In this document: positions 1 through 13,408 of the stretch, one piece after another
How the letters are laid out: every line of letters starts with the position of its first letter
Numbering within the stretch: position 1 is the stretch's first letter
Source: Octopus vulgaris
Taxonomy: Eukaryota
DNA length: 64,000 bases
Reading direction: 5' to 3'
Assembly (NCBI GenBank): GCA_951406725.2
Contig: OX597817.1
Location: 19,158,001-19,222,000 of the forward strand
Notes under the pieces: model-generated
What the model saw: only the letters and a program-made list of their open reading frames with translations
Told to the model about the DNA's origin: nothing
Database searches by the model: none
Made by a program: the position numbers and the translations under genes

Positions 1-141
1 ATATATATATATATATGCAAAATTTTGATTCAGATGAATATGGTACTTAAGTTAAAGGCACCAGAATTTGGTATGGTATTATCCATATAAATCAAATGGG
101 GGATTATAATCAAAATAAGCAACGAGTATATCCAAAGGTAG

Positions 142-229
142 TGTAGTACAATCGTTTCATGCTACTTCATTTAATTAAACAATGTAAGTATTACATCAGT
201 TTTAAAATGTAGAGCACTCTTCAGCCACA
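142..229 (-). ncRNA. Type I hammerhead ribozyme motif with canonical core and minimal stem III (Penelope-like element type)
   Basis: Minus strand reads TGTGG-CTGAAGA-GTGCT...AGCAT-GAAA-C-GATT-G-TA-CTACA. Stem I is TGTGG/CTACA, the core is CUGANGA, stem II is GTGCT/AGCAT with a long extension, stem III is near-palindromic ACGATTGT, and the cleavage triplet is GUA. It lies in a ~330-bp module between (TA)n tracts. Confidence 0.7.
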
Positions 230-1127
230 TATGGAATTTTTAAAATTAAATTGACACTGGTATATAGACAGAGAGGTGAATTTCATCAGTAAGAACGTGG
301 TAGTAGAAGATCTTTCCTCATGGGATCTTTCCTCATGGGAATTTTCTATATATATGTATACATAGTATACATTAATATACATTATTTATTATATAAATAT
401 ATAAACATTACCGTATGTTTTCATTGCTATCTAGGTATATAATTGTATTCTACTCTATTCAACTATCTAAATTGTAAGTTGTACGACGCTGTCCTGAACA
501 TTAACCGTACTCACCCAGCCTAGTGTAATATAAATAATATTAAGTCTACAAGCGGCTGGGAAACCATCTCGCAGTGCTACTCAACTTCAGATAAGAATTT
601 ATTGACATGTCTCCCTAAGTTACTTGCCATAAGGTATCTATATCATTTCATTATATATTTGTTACATTTATCATAGGTTGTTTTGTTTACTTATAACTAT
701 TCACAGATCTTTGCAAACTATTTGGTTATCCATAATCTCCATTATACAATCAATAAATGTCAGTGTTTTTCTATATAATTTCTCTACTCTTGTAAAAGGA
801 GAAAAACGAAGAAAATGTATCGATAACAAGAGTAATGGTAATACTAAAAATAATACTCTCTTTTGTTTTTATTGATTACTGGCGAGTGTTGTTTTGACGA
901 AATTGGAAGTTCAAAAGTTTATCTTCATTCTTCGTTTTGGAAATTTATAAGTCAAAGAAGTTCATCAAGTTTTCTCAAGGTTTAGCAATGGTCTCTAATC
1001 AGTTGTTCGATCCTACTGATTTCACTGTGTATTAGCTTAAAGTATTGGAAATATTTACATACTAAATCTACCATGTTTAAACTTTACAAAGGTGTTTGTG
1101 ACACTTCACTGACACTGACACAGACAC

Positions 1128-1202
1128 TACACACACACACACACGCACACACACATACACACACACACAAACACACACACAAACATACACGTCTATATAT
1201 AT

Positions 1203-1260
<58 letters not shown>

Positions 1261-1283
1261 CATACATGCATATACATACTGTA

Positions 1284-1315
<32 letters not shown>

Positions 1316-1392
1316 CATACATATATACATACATACTATATATATATATATATATATATAGTATGTATGTATATATGTATATATATATATAT

Positions 1393-1472
<80 letters not shown>

Positions 1473-1500
1473 CATGCATACAACCATATATATATATACA
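1128..1500. repeat. Compound (CA)n/(TA)n microsatellite
   Basis: Directly visible; source of the HTHT/YIYI ORFs. Confidence 0.95.
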
Positions 1501-1911
1501 CATATACGCTTACATGCATATGTCTGTGTACTGAACTATGTGTAAATAAATTCGCTGGTTCACGCTTGTGAATTGCAATGAACGAATCGTTTTAATTAAA
1601 TAAATGTGTGACAGACATTTGGTATAGAGTGGCAACTGGAAGAATTTAGAAAGAAACTGACTTTCCAATAATTTATTTCATGCTTGTGTAAAAAACACAC
1701 TACTTAAGTGTTATTCTAAGATGAAGACTTAGTAGCCATAATGATTTCCGTTCTATAATGCCCTGAGACCAAATACAGCTTAAGTTGTAATTGTATTTTA
1801 GAAGCAAGGACTCGGCGTATCATAAGAATGTGACATAAAACTGTCTTAGCGCTTAGATGAATTAGTCATATTTGACATATGTGAGTCAGTCATAAATTAT
1901 TTGTAGATAAC

Positions 1912-2008
1912 CTAAGCGTCACAGTTCTCCAGTATTTGTTTTGGCTTCCAGGAATCGTCTAGGATCTTCAGGTAATAGTTGACAGCCCTGGTGTCCCATA
2001 AAATGCGT
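1912..2008 (-). CDS. Putative terminal coding exon of an uncharacterised multi-exon gene
   Basis: Acceptor tattccag at 2009-2016. Splicing to exon 4651-4712 keeps two frames open: K-RILWDTRAVNYYLKILDDSWKPKQILENCDA* (stop 1912-1914) or N-AFYGTPGLSTIT* (stop 1968-1970). No family recognised. Confidence 0.45.
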
Positions 2009-3051
2009 CTGGAATACGTTTTAGTGGATAGTTTTCAGTTTGTTTTTATCATTTAAAAATGTTTGCTTTCTACATATATTCATCTTTTTACAAAGTAATA
2101 TTTCGATTTAACATTTATACAATATTTGTTAAATTATAAACATCCATCTCCCATATTTAAAAAATATTCACTACTAATCCTTGTTATGATACTTGTAGAA
2201 CACTGAGTTTGAAACTGGGTGGTATTAGATTCAGTTTTTGGCTAAAATCTGCCTCGATTGAAATAATTTTATCGTATTTCCGAATAACATAATGAATTCT
2301 GTACAGCATAATAAGAATTTACGTTTTTGCTTTTACTTGTAAGAAGATTGAAATAAATAATTTTAATTAATCAAACGCAATTTTGTCTCACAAATCTTGT
2401 TATTCTGCTGGTATTTCTAGCACCCAGCCATTGAAATGTCAAAATTGCATTTATCTCGTAACAACAGAATATATAAATTGCAAACAATGACTGAACGACG
2501 AGTTAAAAAAGAAGGAGCTATAATAAAAAACGAAAATGGTACAATGTATTGGCTGGTGTTTCACTAATCTTAATTCTAGCAAAGAAGGAGGGACCAAGGA
2601 TTTTAATTCCAATAATTATATACATATATAAATAAAATAGAAATCATTCTAAATTCCAGTCTAATACTTCCTCAGACATTTTTGTATTTAAAAAGTTCTT
2701 TAAAATATGATAAAGCAATGAATTCTAAGATATCATTTGATCAAATCATTACAGCGTTAACATTACTGACTGTTTATCAAGTTATTCATTGAAGACTTTC
2801 TGAACACATAACATAACACTTAACATAACTTGTTGAAAAAGATTTTTTGCACGAAAATAACTATTTCTTTCATGGAAGAAAAAAAAAATGTTTCACTTTT
2901 TGCAATCAATACATTTAAAAGTTACGTGTAGTCGACAAAAGGGAACGCTAACAATGTGCATGCACGGAAATTAAAATATAAAAGGGCGACATCGCACCCT
3001 CTATATAAACATGTAATGTATTTAAATATTATATATATATATAAGCATATA

Positions 3052-3417
3052 GTGTGGTAAGTAGCTTGCTAACCAACCACATGGCTCCGGGTTCAGTCCC
3101 ACTGCGTGGAATCTTGGGCAAGTGTCTTCTGCTATAGTCCCGGGCCGACCAATGCCTTGTGAGTGGATTTTGTAGACGGAAACTGAAAGAAGCCTGTCGT
3201 ATATATGTATATGTATATATATGTGTGTATGTGTTTATGTGTGTGCGTTTGTCCCACTAGCATTGCTTGACAACCGATGCTGGTGTGTTTACGTCCGATA
3301 CAATAAGTACTGGGCTTACAAAGAATAAGTCCCGGGGTCGATTTGCTCGACTAAAGGCAGTGCTCCAGCATGGCCACAGTCAAATGACTGAAACAAGTAA
3401 AAGAGTAAAAGAGAGAG
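3052..3417 (+). mobile_element. tRNA-derived SINE family A (CORE-like, octopus OR-type) with internal (TA)/(TG) microsatellite
   Basis: A-box-like GTGTGGTAAG, B-box-like GGGTTCAGTCCC, CORE-like CTTGGGCAAGT, (GTAAAAGA)n tail. Eight copies in the window; this one has a ~30-bp internal deletion. Confidence 0.9.
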
Positions 3418-3931
3418 TTATGTATATTTACGTATATACGTATATATATATATATATACATACTCAGATATGCACATACATACACGGGCGTGCGCAAGAT
3501 CGCACACACACACACACACATAACAAGTTGTCTTTTCTTTAACCTTTAGCCTTCCATATTTGCAATTCAAGAGGGTTTTAACTTAATATTTCCAGATTAT
3601 TAGTAGCTTTATCTACTTCGAATTATGCATATAAAAAAAGCAACTTACTATTTCACGTTCTCTTGAAGGTTCAAAATTCACAAAACAGCATTGGCTGAGA
3701 ATCTAGTTGAACCGATAATAAAATTATAGAATATATAAACTGCTAAATACGCACGCACTCACACACACGCGCACACACATAGATACACACATATAGTGTG
3801 AGCGTGCACACTGGGTTCTTTCTCTATCACGGCTGATTATTGAAAATACATGTTGACCAGATACTAGTTTCGTATTAGATGCTAAGAATGATGTTACTAA
3901 ATAAAAATCAGCATTGTAAAGAGGAACATAT

Positions 3932-4150
3932 ACTCTTTCTCTTTTACTCTTTTACTTGTTTCAGTCATTTGACTGCGGCCATGCTGGAGCACCGCCTTTA
4001 GTCGAGCAAATCGACCCCGGGACCTATTCTTTGTAAGCCCAGTACTTATTCTATCGGTCTCTTTTGCCGAACCGCTAAGTGACGGGGACGTAAACACATC
4101 AACATCGCTTGTCAAGCAATGCTAGGGGGACAAACACAGACATACAAACG

Positions 4151-4202
<52 letters not shown>

Positions 4203-4368
4203 TACGATGGGATTCTTTCAGTTTCCATCTACCAAATCCACTCACAAGGCTTTGGTCGGCCCGAGGCTATAGTAGAAGACACTTGCCCAAGGTGCCACGC
4301 AGCGGGACTGAACCCGGAACCATGTGGTTGGTAAACAAGCTACTTACCACACAGCCACTCCTGCGGCT
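3932..4368 (-). mobile_element. SINE family A copy
   Basis: Reverse complement of the family A sequence, near full length. Confidence 0.9.
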
Positions 4369-4650
4369 ATCTGTAAAATTTTAGATCGTTTCTAAGCTTT
4401 CTCTATCGAACCCAACTAATGAAATGACGAAAAGTATCTTTCTACTGCGAAGGATATTCGAGGAATTAGTGACAATAGTCCTGTCTATATAGACATTACG
4501 CTCTTTATAGGATGTGTGAATATTTTGACAGTGATATAACTTTTGAAGAATAAATTTAATTGATAACTTTCAAACTTTGAGTGATTAGTCAGTTAAATAA
4601 ATGAACAGTATAAAGTGATTAATGTTAAAAGTAAAGAAGGTTACTTTTAC

Positions 4651-4712
4651 TTATGCCATTTATGCACCTTCGACCAAACCATGCCGACTTCAAATTCCTG
4701 CCTGTTACTGGG
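4651..4712 (-). CDS. Putative internal exon (62 nt) of the minus-strand gene
   Basis: Acceptor tactttcag and weak donor gtaaaa (alternative gtaacc 6 nt further). Open as PSNRQEFEVGMVWSKVHKWH or PVTGRNLKSAWFGRRCINGI, and phase-compatible with exon 1912-2008. Confidence 0.45.
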
Positions 4713-5271
4713 CTGAAAGTATATTTTCAAAATACGCAAGCTGAAGGTTAATACTTTAGCGAGAACTGATTAGGTAAATTTTAAATCGATGCTGCATTTC
4801 CTAAAAGCTGATCGATTTGTAGAAAGCAAGATATCTTAAGAACAATAACAAGCTTAACCTGGTAATTCTTTGTAAAAACTTATTTAAAATTTTAAAAGTA
4901 AGATAAATCTTCCTCCCGGACACTGAGACAATAGTCTGTTGTTTGAAAACTGATTTGAATCCTGGAACATTGTAACGGTTGAACACACTTCACTAATGTT
5001 GAATCTAAAATGCGTTTATGATCATACCAATGAACAGTCGATAACAAGCTTTTTATTAAAACTGGCTGGATTAAACAGCAGTTTATTACAGGAATAAATC
5101 ACCGACAGAAATTATCCCAGGATGCCAGCTTCATTTAATCCTATTGTTAATTTAGTATGAACATAATCAATGTAGTGAGCAACATATAGTTGATTCAATG
5201 TAATTCGATGGTAAGGAAAAAGCGAAAGAGACAAAAGCAAACAAACTGCAGTAATTATTTTTTTATTTTTA

Positions 5272-6150
5272 ATATTTAGCCGTATGCCAGTATGTTCTGA
5301 GTAAAATTTCCTTCGAGATCGACCTTGTTTCTCGTCTTTTCGGTATCGATAAAATAAGTACCAGTTGAACACTAAGATTGATCAAATTAACTTAGTATTC
5401 CCTCGGAATTACTGGCCATGTGCCAAAATATGAAGCCAATATTTAGCCGCCTATGGTCAGTGTTGTAACTCCACCAATGTCAACATTTGTGTCGATAAAA
5501 TAAGTACCGGTTGAGTACTGGAATCCATGTATTTGACGAACCCTATCCCTTGAAATTGCTGGTCTTATTTCATAATTTGAAATCAGTATTTAGCCGTCTA
5601 AAGTAACAAGTTGGCAGAAATGTCAGCACTCCGGACAAAATGCTTAGCGGTATTTTGTCTGTCATTAGGTTCAAATTTCAAATTGTGCCGAGGTTAACTT
5701 TGGTTTTCGAATCAAGTTCTGGGATGGATAAAACAGATTTGTCCATCTCCTCAAAAACTGCTGACCCTATGCTAAAATTTGAAACCATTATTTAGCTGTA
5801 TATAAGGCTGTGAGACGACAGAATCGTTACTGTGCTAGGCAGAAATGCTGCAAAGCATTTCTACCTGAATCAAATCCTATCAATGTTAGCTGTTTCATCT
5901 CATCCTTACAGGGTCTATAAAATAAAGTACGTATCAAGAACTAGACACGTATTGAAATTTGAAGTTATTATTTAGCCATATAGAGTGGTGGTTTTGACAA
6001 GTTACTTAAATCTTCGGAAAAATGCCTTGCCGTGTTCTTTTTTGTTCATATCTTATCAAAATCAACTTTATCTTTCCTACTTTTGGAACCGATTAGTGAA
6101 GCGTTGGGATTGACAAAATCGACCGTTCTGGGTCCCTATAATTTGGCCAT
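5272..6150 (+). repeat. Decayed tandem array of about 5 SINE family B units
   Basis: Recurrent TCGATAAAA(A)TAAGTACC and CCAAAA(T)TTGAAACC-like motifs, with units separated by a TATTTAGC(C/T) linker near 5273, 5440, 5587, 5789 and 5968. Confidence 0.7.
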
Positions 6151-8255
6151 GTACAAGGGACAACTGAGTGCATGAGGTTGGGTCTTATAAGAGTAACATG
6201 ATTAAAATATGAGAAATGCATTTAATTTTTTTCGTTTTCCTAATGTGTAACTGTTTTTGATTAGCTATTTGATGATCAATGTACTCAATGAACTTTTTGT
6301 TTTCATAAATATATTTTATCTCTGGGTAAGCAGACTTTCTAAACCTTTAAAAATGTTACTTTTACACGCTTAATCCTGTGTGATTTTGTACGCCTACATA
6401 GTGGCCTTCTCATCACAACTTCAGCATGTAGAGGAGCATTTATGATTTGCCGTTTCAATTCAAATAAAAGTGAAGCAGTTTTGGATTTATTTCCCGTGCT
6501 TGCCATATTGTTAGAAATAACTTTAGCCTATGCTCTCTTTTTCTCACAGTATAATTACTCTTAACTGGTTTTTAAGCATACTGCACTAAGTATGTTAACA
6601 TTCACTTAACTGTGTCTTTTTATCAGCTTGTGACTTATGGAAGACAATAGTGACGATCTTCCTTTATGTCATACCACAGTGCACAGTGTAAATTATCTAT
6701 TATTGAATTAGCCATATCAACCCAAACTAGGAAATACAGCCAATTGACAAGAACACATAATGAACAATTAAATGCGCCGCATATAACAATCTAATTTATC
6801 GGTATCATACTAAAAATATTTAGATTTATCTTTTCAACAGTCTTTAATAGATTTTCTTTTAGGCCCTCAATTCTGTATAACATTGTCATCGGATGCTAGA
6901 AAGTTGAAATTATCTCGGAAACCTGCTATCAGAAATAGGAAACTATAAAAAAACTTCTAGAGTCTAAGAGAAAATCTCTATGTAATCACACGAGCTGCTA
7001 AACATAGCAACCTGATATTTACCTTCAATCAGAACCGAGTGTCTTAACAGGAAAGGAAATATTGTATAATACATTTTAGGCACACAATTCCCAAACAATG
7101 AATCCACTTGGTTGATTATGCCTGTGGATCATGAGAGATGTAGATGTGGAATTATAAAAGACAAGGACAACAATAACAATAAAATTCCTGTTACAACTTC
7201 TGCAATAAACAGAAATACTATATATATGTTTATAATATTATCAATTAGTCAACGCTATAGTTGCATTTGAATTAGGTTCGATTTTGAAATTGGGTATACT
7301 CGCTCGAATTCAAATTCCATTCAGATTTGTATTTCAACCAGCATTATTATTCTAGAGATAAAAATGTTAATTTCTTCATGGAAGAAAAAACTCAATTCCA
7401 TATAAGAAATACAAGTGATTAACTAGAAATCCCAACGATATTGTCGGAGCATTACAATCTTTTCAACAGAGAATGCATTCAAGAGGTGCAACTACTTCGC
7501 TAGTTTATTTCATCTCCCAAAGCCAAACATTTCTGAGTATCTTAAAAAGTATTTGTGAAGAATAGACAGCTACCAATGAGTGCAGGAAAAATTATAGATT
7601 CACCCAACAATATTTTTAACCGATCAGCATCCTTGTGAACCAACATCATCTAAGCTAACATCCGCGTCATTATAGGTCTAGGACTGCACATATTGAGAAG
7701 TGTATAATTGCTCTAAATGAAGTAGTGTATTCTGAAATCGAGAGTACTTCATGATTATATCCGGTAGAATAGAGTCTTCACACAAATGCCGTTGTACTCC
7801 ATGTATGTAATCAATAAATATGCAACCATACAAATAAAACATTACAGAGTATTCTTTTGTTAAATGTATTCGAGGTAAGTGCTAATTCGGGGCCACCTGC
7901 GAGTAATATATTTTCATTTAGGTCCATAAACCAAACAGCTATACATTTTGTCTACATATTAACTGTAACTAACAAATTGGCAAACATTTTTGGTTAACTG
8001 AAAATAACTCTTCGGGTTTGTGGTGTTCCAAAATCTTTGATATGTGCATATACTTGTACATAGGTGTTGTGTATATGTGTTTGCATGTAAGCACTTGTGA
8101 ACTCCTGTAGTAGGTGAACGTGCCATGTTAGGCATCATTAGTGAGCCAAATTATAGTAAAACCTAGCTTCGCTTACGATAAGTATATAATCAGAATAGAT
8201 TTTCTTTTCAACATGTGTTCCCTGTGAAGCTTTTCTGTTGTACATCGCAAATTAC

Positions 8256-8356
8256 CTGTAGTCGAAGCAGTTCATACTATACAACATAGAGTTCATATGA
8301 TTGTTTCCGAACCATCAGTAGCATGTTTTTTGCGAAATGATTGATTCCAGGCTTAT
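8256..8356 (-). CDS. Candidate exon of the minus-strand gene (101 nt with one in-frame stop, or a 21-nt microexon 8256-8276)
   Basis: Donor CAG|gtaatt; candidate acceptors ctcatag (8357) and ttgtatag (8277). Joins exon 4651-4712 as MNCFDYSPVTG or YELLRLQPSNR. Confidence 0.3.
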
Positions 8357-9712
8357 CTATGAGATTATGCAAAGTTTTGAAATGTATTTTGTTGTAAAGT
8401 GTTTCAGAGTCATTAGTGGTGTGAAATACACGATTTAAAAGCAGAAATGTGATCATACGAAGATGCACAAATACTAGGATACCTCTACAAAATTGAATGT
8501 TACTACTGTACCTACAAGGAATATTTATAAAAACTTCTTAAATACAATTCATCGAGCATCTCTTTCAGTTGACTTAACAAGTGGTGTACTAACTGAAACC
8601 GTCCATGTATACATTTACTTGCTTCTGACAACTAAATATAGGAAGTTGTAGAATTATTCTCCGTTTGTATGTGAGTGTATGAGAAATTAGATATCGACTT
8701 GAGTGGGTATCAAATAAGGATTTTACACATTAAATTCTAGTTTAATGCCATATTTCCATGGATGACACGATCTAGTCTAATCAGTCAACATCCAAACACG
8801 CTCCTTATTTCCATTTTGATTATTTCCAAGTATGTGGTTTATTTTCATGTTAGACCAAATCCCACAGTTGTAATTATTTTAATTTCCCATCTACCGGGCA
8901 CGGGGGATGGCAATATGCAACTGTCATTTGTAAGACGGTAAGTGCGACTTCATGAAGATTTAGACTTTAATTTTAATAGCTTAGCAATAACGCAGAAATT
9001 CAATTGTTTCCTGACAATCTACTGCATATAAGTAATATTATGCGTCTCAGAGAAAAGGATAAGGTAGCTATTGTCCTTATCTCCATAAATACCATTACAA
9101 AAAACATATCATACTCGTAGGACCAAATCAAGACTACAATTGATTTTCAACGTCCAGTGACTAAGTATAGAAAGCCAAATAAGCACTAAGAAACGAGCAC
9201 TTGTCCAGTTGTGCTTCACGGATTCAAGACAAACCAGTATAACATTACTAGATGGCGGTATAATGGTTTACGAAGGGAATTGATGGAAGCTACAACGTGA
9301 TACTTTTGTAAGATGAAATGAACCTTGATGGGCTGTCTCTACTTCTCTTAATGCGTGTACACACACGCACATACGCACGCACGTACACACACACATCTGT
9401 GTGGGCATGTGCGCATGTATATATATATATATATAGATGCGCTCATCACATCCTATATTCACAAACACGTTTGATATGTGTGTACCATTGTGGTGGTTCC
9501 TCCGCCTCTCTCTCTCTCTCCCTATATACATATATATAATGATTCTACTTCGATGTGTGAATGTGTTCTTTTGTTCTTTTGAGCATACATTAATACATAT
9601 CATTATAGGCCTAAGGGAAAGTATAAATAACTGTGAAATTTCGTATTGTCATGCATATTAGCATCTGCGCCCTCATAAACTCTACTCTTGTGTAATTGAA
9701 TATGGACATGTG

Positions 9713-9893
<181 letters not shown>

Positions 9894-11112
9894 ATAGAAA
9901 GCAGGAGAGAAAGGGAGAAATGGTGAGTAATATAGTGTTCTGTGTCTTTATGACAATACCAGAGAAGCAAAGGAAAGGTTATTAATGGAAAGTATATAAA
10001 CAATTTCCACAAACTTCATTCTATATTCTAAAATCATTTGGTAATTTATCATGTTTTCATAAACTCACTGAAGATTAAATAAATATTAGATATACCAATT
10101 GAGTATGCGCAGTATAATGTCTATCTGAATACATGCTAGAAATGTACATTGTATGCAATACTCTCTCTCTTTATACAACTATACAGAATTAAACACCCAC
10201 ACAGATGCACTCGTAAATATATGTATAAATGCATATATTCATACACATATACACATATGTACGTTTATGCATACATGTATAAATAAATCTTCACTACAAC
10301 TTGATTTCGATGAATGCATCATTTGAGTGTCGTCTGAAACATGGGTGGCACCAATACCCACATGTGGTACCGATGGACACATCTTGCAGCACATGTTCAG
10401 AGACCTAAATACCCAAGCTGATACATGCTGTTATCCCTTAATGCCATTTCCCTATTGTAAACCCTATGGGGCTAAACCTTTTTCTGCAGGTACTTGAGCT
10501 TCCAAGATGCCAAATTTTGTCCATTTTCAAGTTGCTACTAGTTACATTTAAAGTCTTGTTTGAACAGTCAGATTATCGATTTTTCTGGACACAGACAATT
10601 AATAAGTTATTAATAAGAAGTATTGAAATTAATCCATGCAAGTATATCAAAACTTTAGCAGCAAACCTTCAAAATCAACCTATGAAAATTTCAGCCCAAC
10701 GTCGTCAAATTTATATTTGCAAAAGAAAGATCTGTAAACATTTCAGTTATTGTAGGCCTGAATCATAGGATTCTTTTATTCAAACCTTTCTATCCTGGAT
10801 TGATGGAAGTACATTCATATACCTCTACATTAATTGCTTTTTAGATTGAATTTTACCATACAGGAACCGAGAGAACACAATAGGTATCAGGCATCACTGA
10901 CAAATTGTCATATTATGATCATCACTCTCCTGGACGAATATCCGAAGTCAAGTCATGTCTATACCCTCCGACATATTAATTCTTATTTCAAAAATATTTA
11001 CAGCGATACAGTATACCTTTGTTACAGGATTTTTCAAGGTGAAGAGTGGGAACAGGTATTAAAGAAGTCATGCACTTTCGAGATGTGCATAAACACACAG
11101 AAGACGGGAGAG

Positions 11113-11168
<56 letters not shown>

Positions 11169-11300
11169 ACTTGTAAGAAGAAGAAAAACGACGCAGCGTT
11201 CGATCTTATAATAACGATATAATAAATAAAACATATGCATACGTACATACATATATGTACATACCTACATCTATATGTATATATATATATACATGCATAT

Positions 11301-11411
11301 ATGGGTACAGGACACCACAAATAAACGTAGAACACAGCGAGAAACAAAAGCATGAAACCAAACAAGGAACATTCCCCTTCTTCAGCTGCCTCTGTTTCGA
11401 CTCAATGCGTG

Positions 11412-11417
<6 letters not shown>
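11301..11417. repeat. Short (TA)n-embedded interspersed repeat, related at its terminus to 50265-50438 and 44401-44828
   Basis: Shared terminus ATGGG(T/C)ACA(G/A)GAC; a similar CATTCCC..TTC(A/T)TCAG segment is shared with 50265-50438; flanked by TA repeats. Confidence 0.5.
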
Positions 11418-11446
<29 letters not shown>

Positions 11447-11449
<3 letters not shown>

Positions 11450-11830
11450 ATATATAAACGGCAGTTTGTCTGTGCGTGTTTCTGTGTGTCTGTTTTCTCG
11501 TACCCTCACCCTGACCACGGCTTTCAACCGATTCTGATGAAACTTGACACACACATAGCCCAATGTCATAATTCAAAACTAACGCAGCGAAAATTTTGAA
11601 AAGTTAACCCCAGTTCTGAAAAAAATCGATAAATTCGACATGGGGTCGAGAATAAAAAAAAACAAACCACAGACTGTCTAGGGGACGCAACTCAACCTTT
11701 TTTTACTCTCAAAAAAAAATTTACCATAATTTTTTTTCCATTTTTTTGCTATTTTTTGGCTATAACTCTCTAAAAATGCTTTATAGTTATTTCCCTTACA
11801 AACCTGAGCAACGCCGGGCGATACTGCTAG
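11447..11830 (+). mobile_element. Non-autonomous Helitron
   Basis: 5' TC, 3' CTAG, subterminal hairpin CCTGAGCAACGCCGGG, inserted between A and T within (TA)n with no TSD. Confidence 0.85.
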
Positions 11831-12736
11831 TATATATATATATATGTAGACACTCAAATATGTTTGTGTGCAAAATTAACTCATCATCGTTGCGGCACTG
11901 ACAAGAAAACATGGGTCATGTTCCCGTTTTACTTTGAATAGATTGTAGCTCCACCATATCGTTGATTTAACTCTCATAGTAAAGTGAACTGTAAAATGTG
12001 TTCATTGTCACAGTACATAGTCTAGACTGTGAAATCGCTAATGTTAATCCTAACCTACCCGTCGATAATTTCGTCTACTCAACGTCGGCATCGTTAATAT
12101 CATTAAAAACTTTTAATCAGCTGCATTACTCATATATTTAATTTAATTTCACTCAATTACATAAGGATAATATTTTTGCTGGCGTAATCATTTAGAGCAA
12201 ACCCCCAAGTTAACAATAAAACATAACAAAGGCCAGCACCTAATTATTCGTTCGACCTGTTACAATTAGTATGAAAACCGCTCTTAAATCTACCTCGAAA
12301 ATATCAGGAAGTGAATGGGTGCATTAGAAAGCACAGAGCTGGGTATAAAAAAAATACGTAATGATCACGACTGAAAAGTCATTCATCATGCGTCTACTCC
12401 ATCAGGAGTTGTCGCTAAAAAAAAATCTACAACACTATGTTTATGTTGATCTTTTTATAAAATATAAAACTGCTGATACATCTACCTACATCAGCACCAA
12501 TACCTTTTCCATAGTTATTTTCTATTTGTTTTTTAAAAATTTTTTCAAGTTAACATACCATGCCCAGCAGCTGAAACGAAAACAAAAAAAAAAACACAGA
12601 AAAAAAGGATATAAAACCAAAACAACCAAAAACCAAACATTCAGTTTTAATTCCAAATTCACATTTCTTTGTGTCCTCCAGCCTTATCAAATGTTTTCGT
12701 TTAGAATACATATATTTTAGAATACATATATTTAGA

Positions 12737-13070
<334 letters not shown>

Positions 13071-13408
13071 TATATGTATGTATTTGTGTGTTTGTGCGTG
13101 TGTGTATCTACTACAGGTACGCCTATACTTTTACATAAGCTTACAGTCGTCAGATGTTACATTCAAGCCGCACTGAAACCTATTCACATTTCAGATTGAA
13201 GTATTTTGGAGTCGGATGAATATAATTAACCATGCGAAAAATTAATCAATGATTCCTCACGTAATTACCGGTTTGTATGAGAAGCTTTTTTTCTGTTTTT
13301 CACCGATGATTTTTGGTCACTTGTGTCTTCATGTTATACCATTAATTTAATAGAACTTGTCGTCCTATCGCTGTGGTATTGTTTATACTTTATTTTACAC
13401 CTTTGATA

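Noticed and set aside
1560-1911. SECIS element in the putative 3' UTR
   Set aside because: ATGA and AA motifs are present, but no matching GA quartet and helix were found by eye.
5272-6150. Repeat-spacer pattern as a CRISPR-like array
   Set aside because: Eukaryotic context; the spacers are homologous SINE copies and no cas genes are present.
7860-8035. Gypsy integrase-like words FGTPQT and RWPE
   Set aside because: They occur in the wrong order with no supporting motifs.
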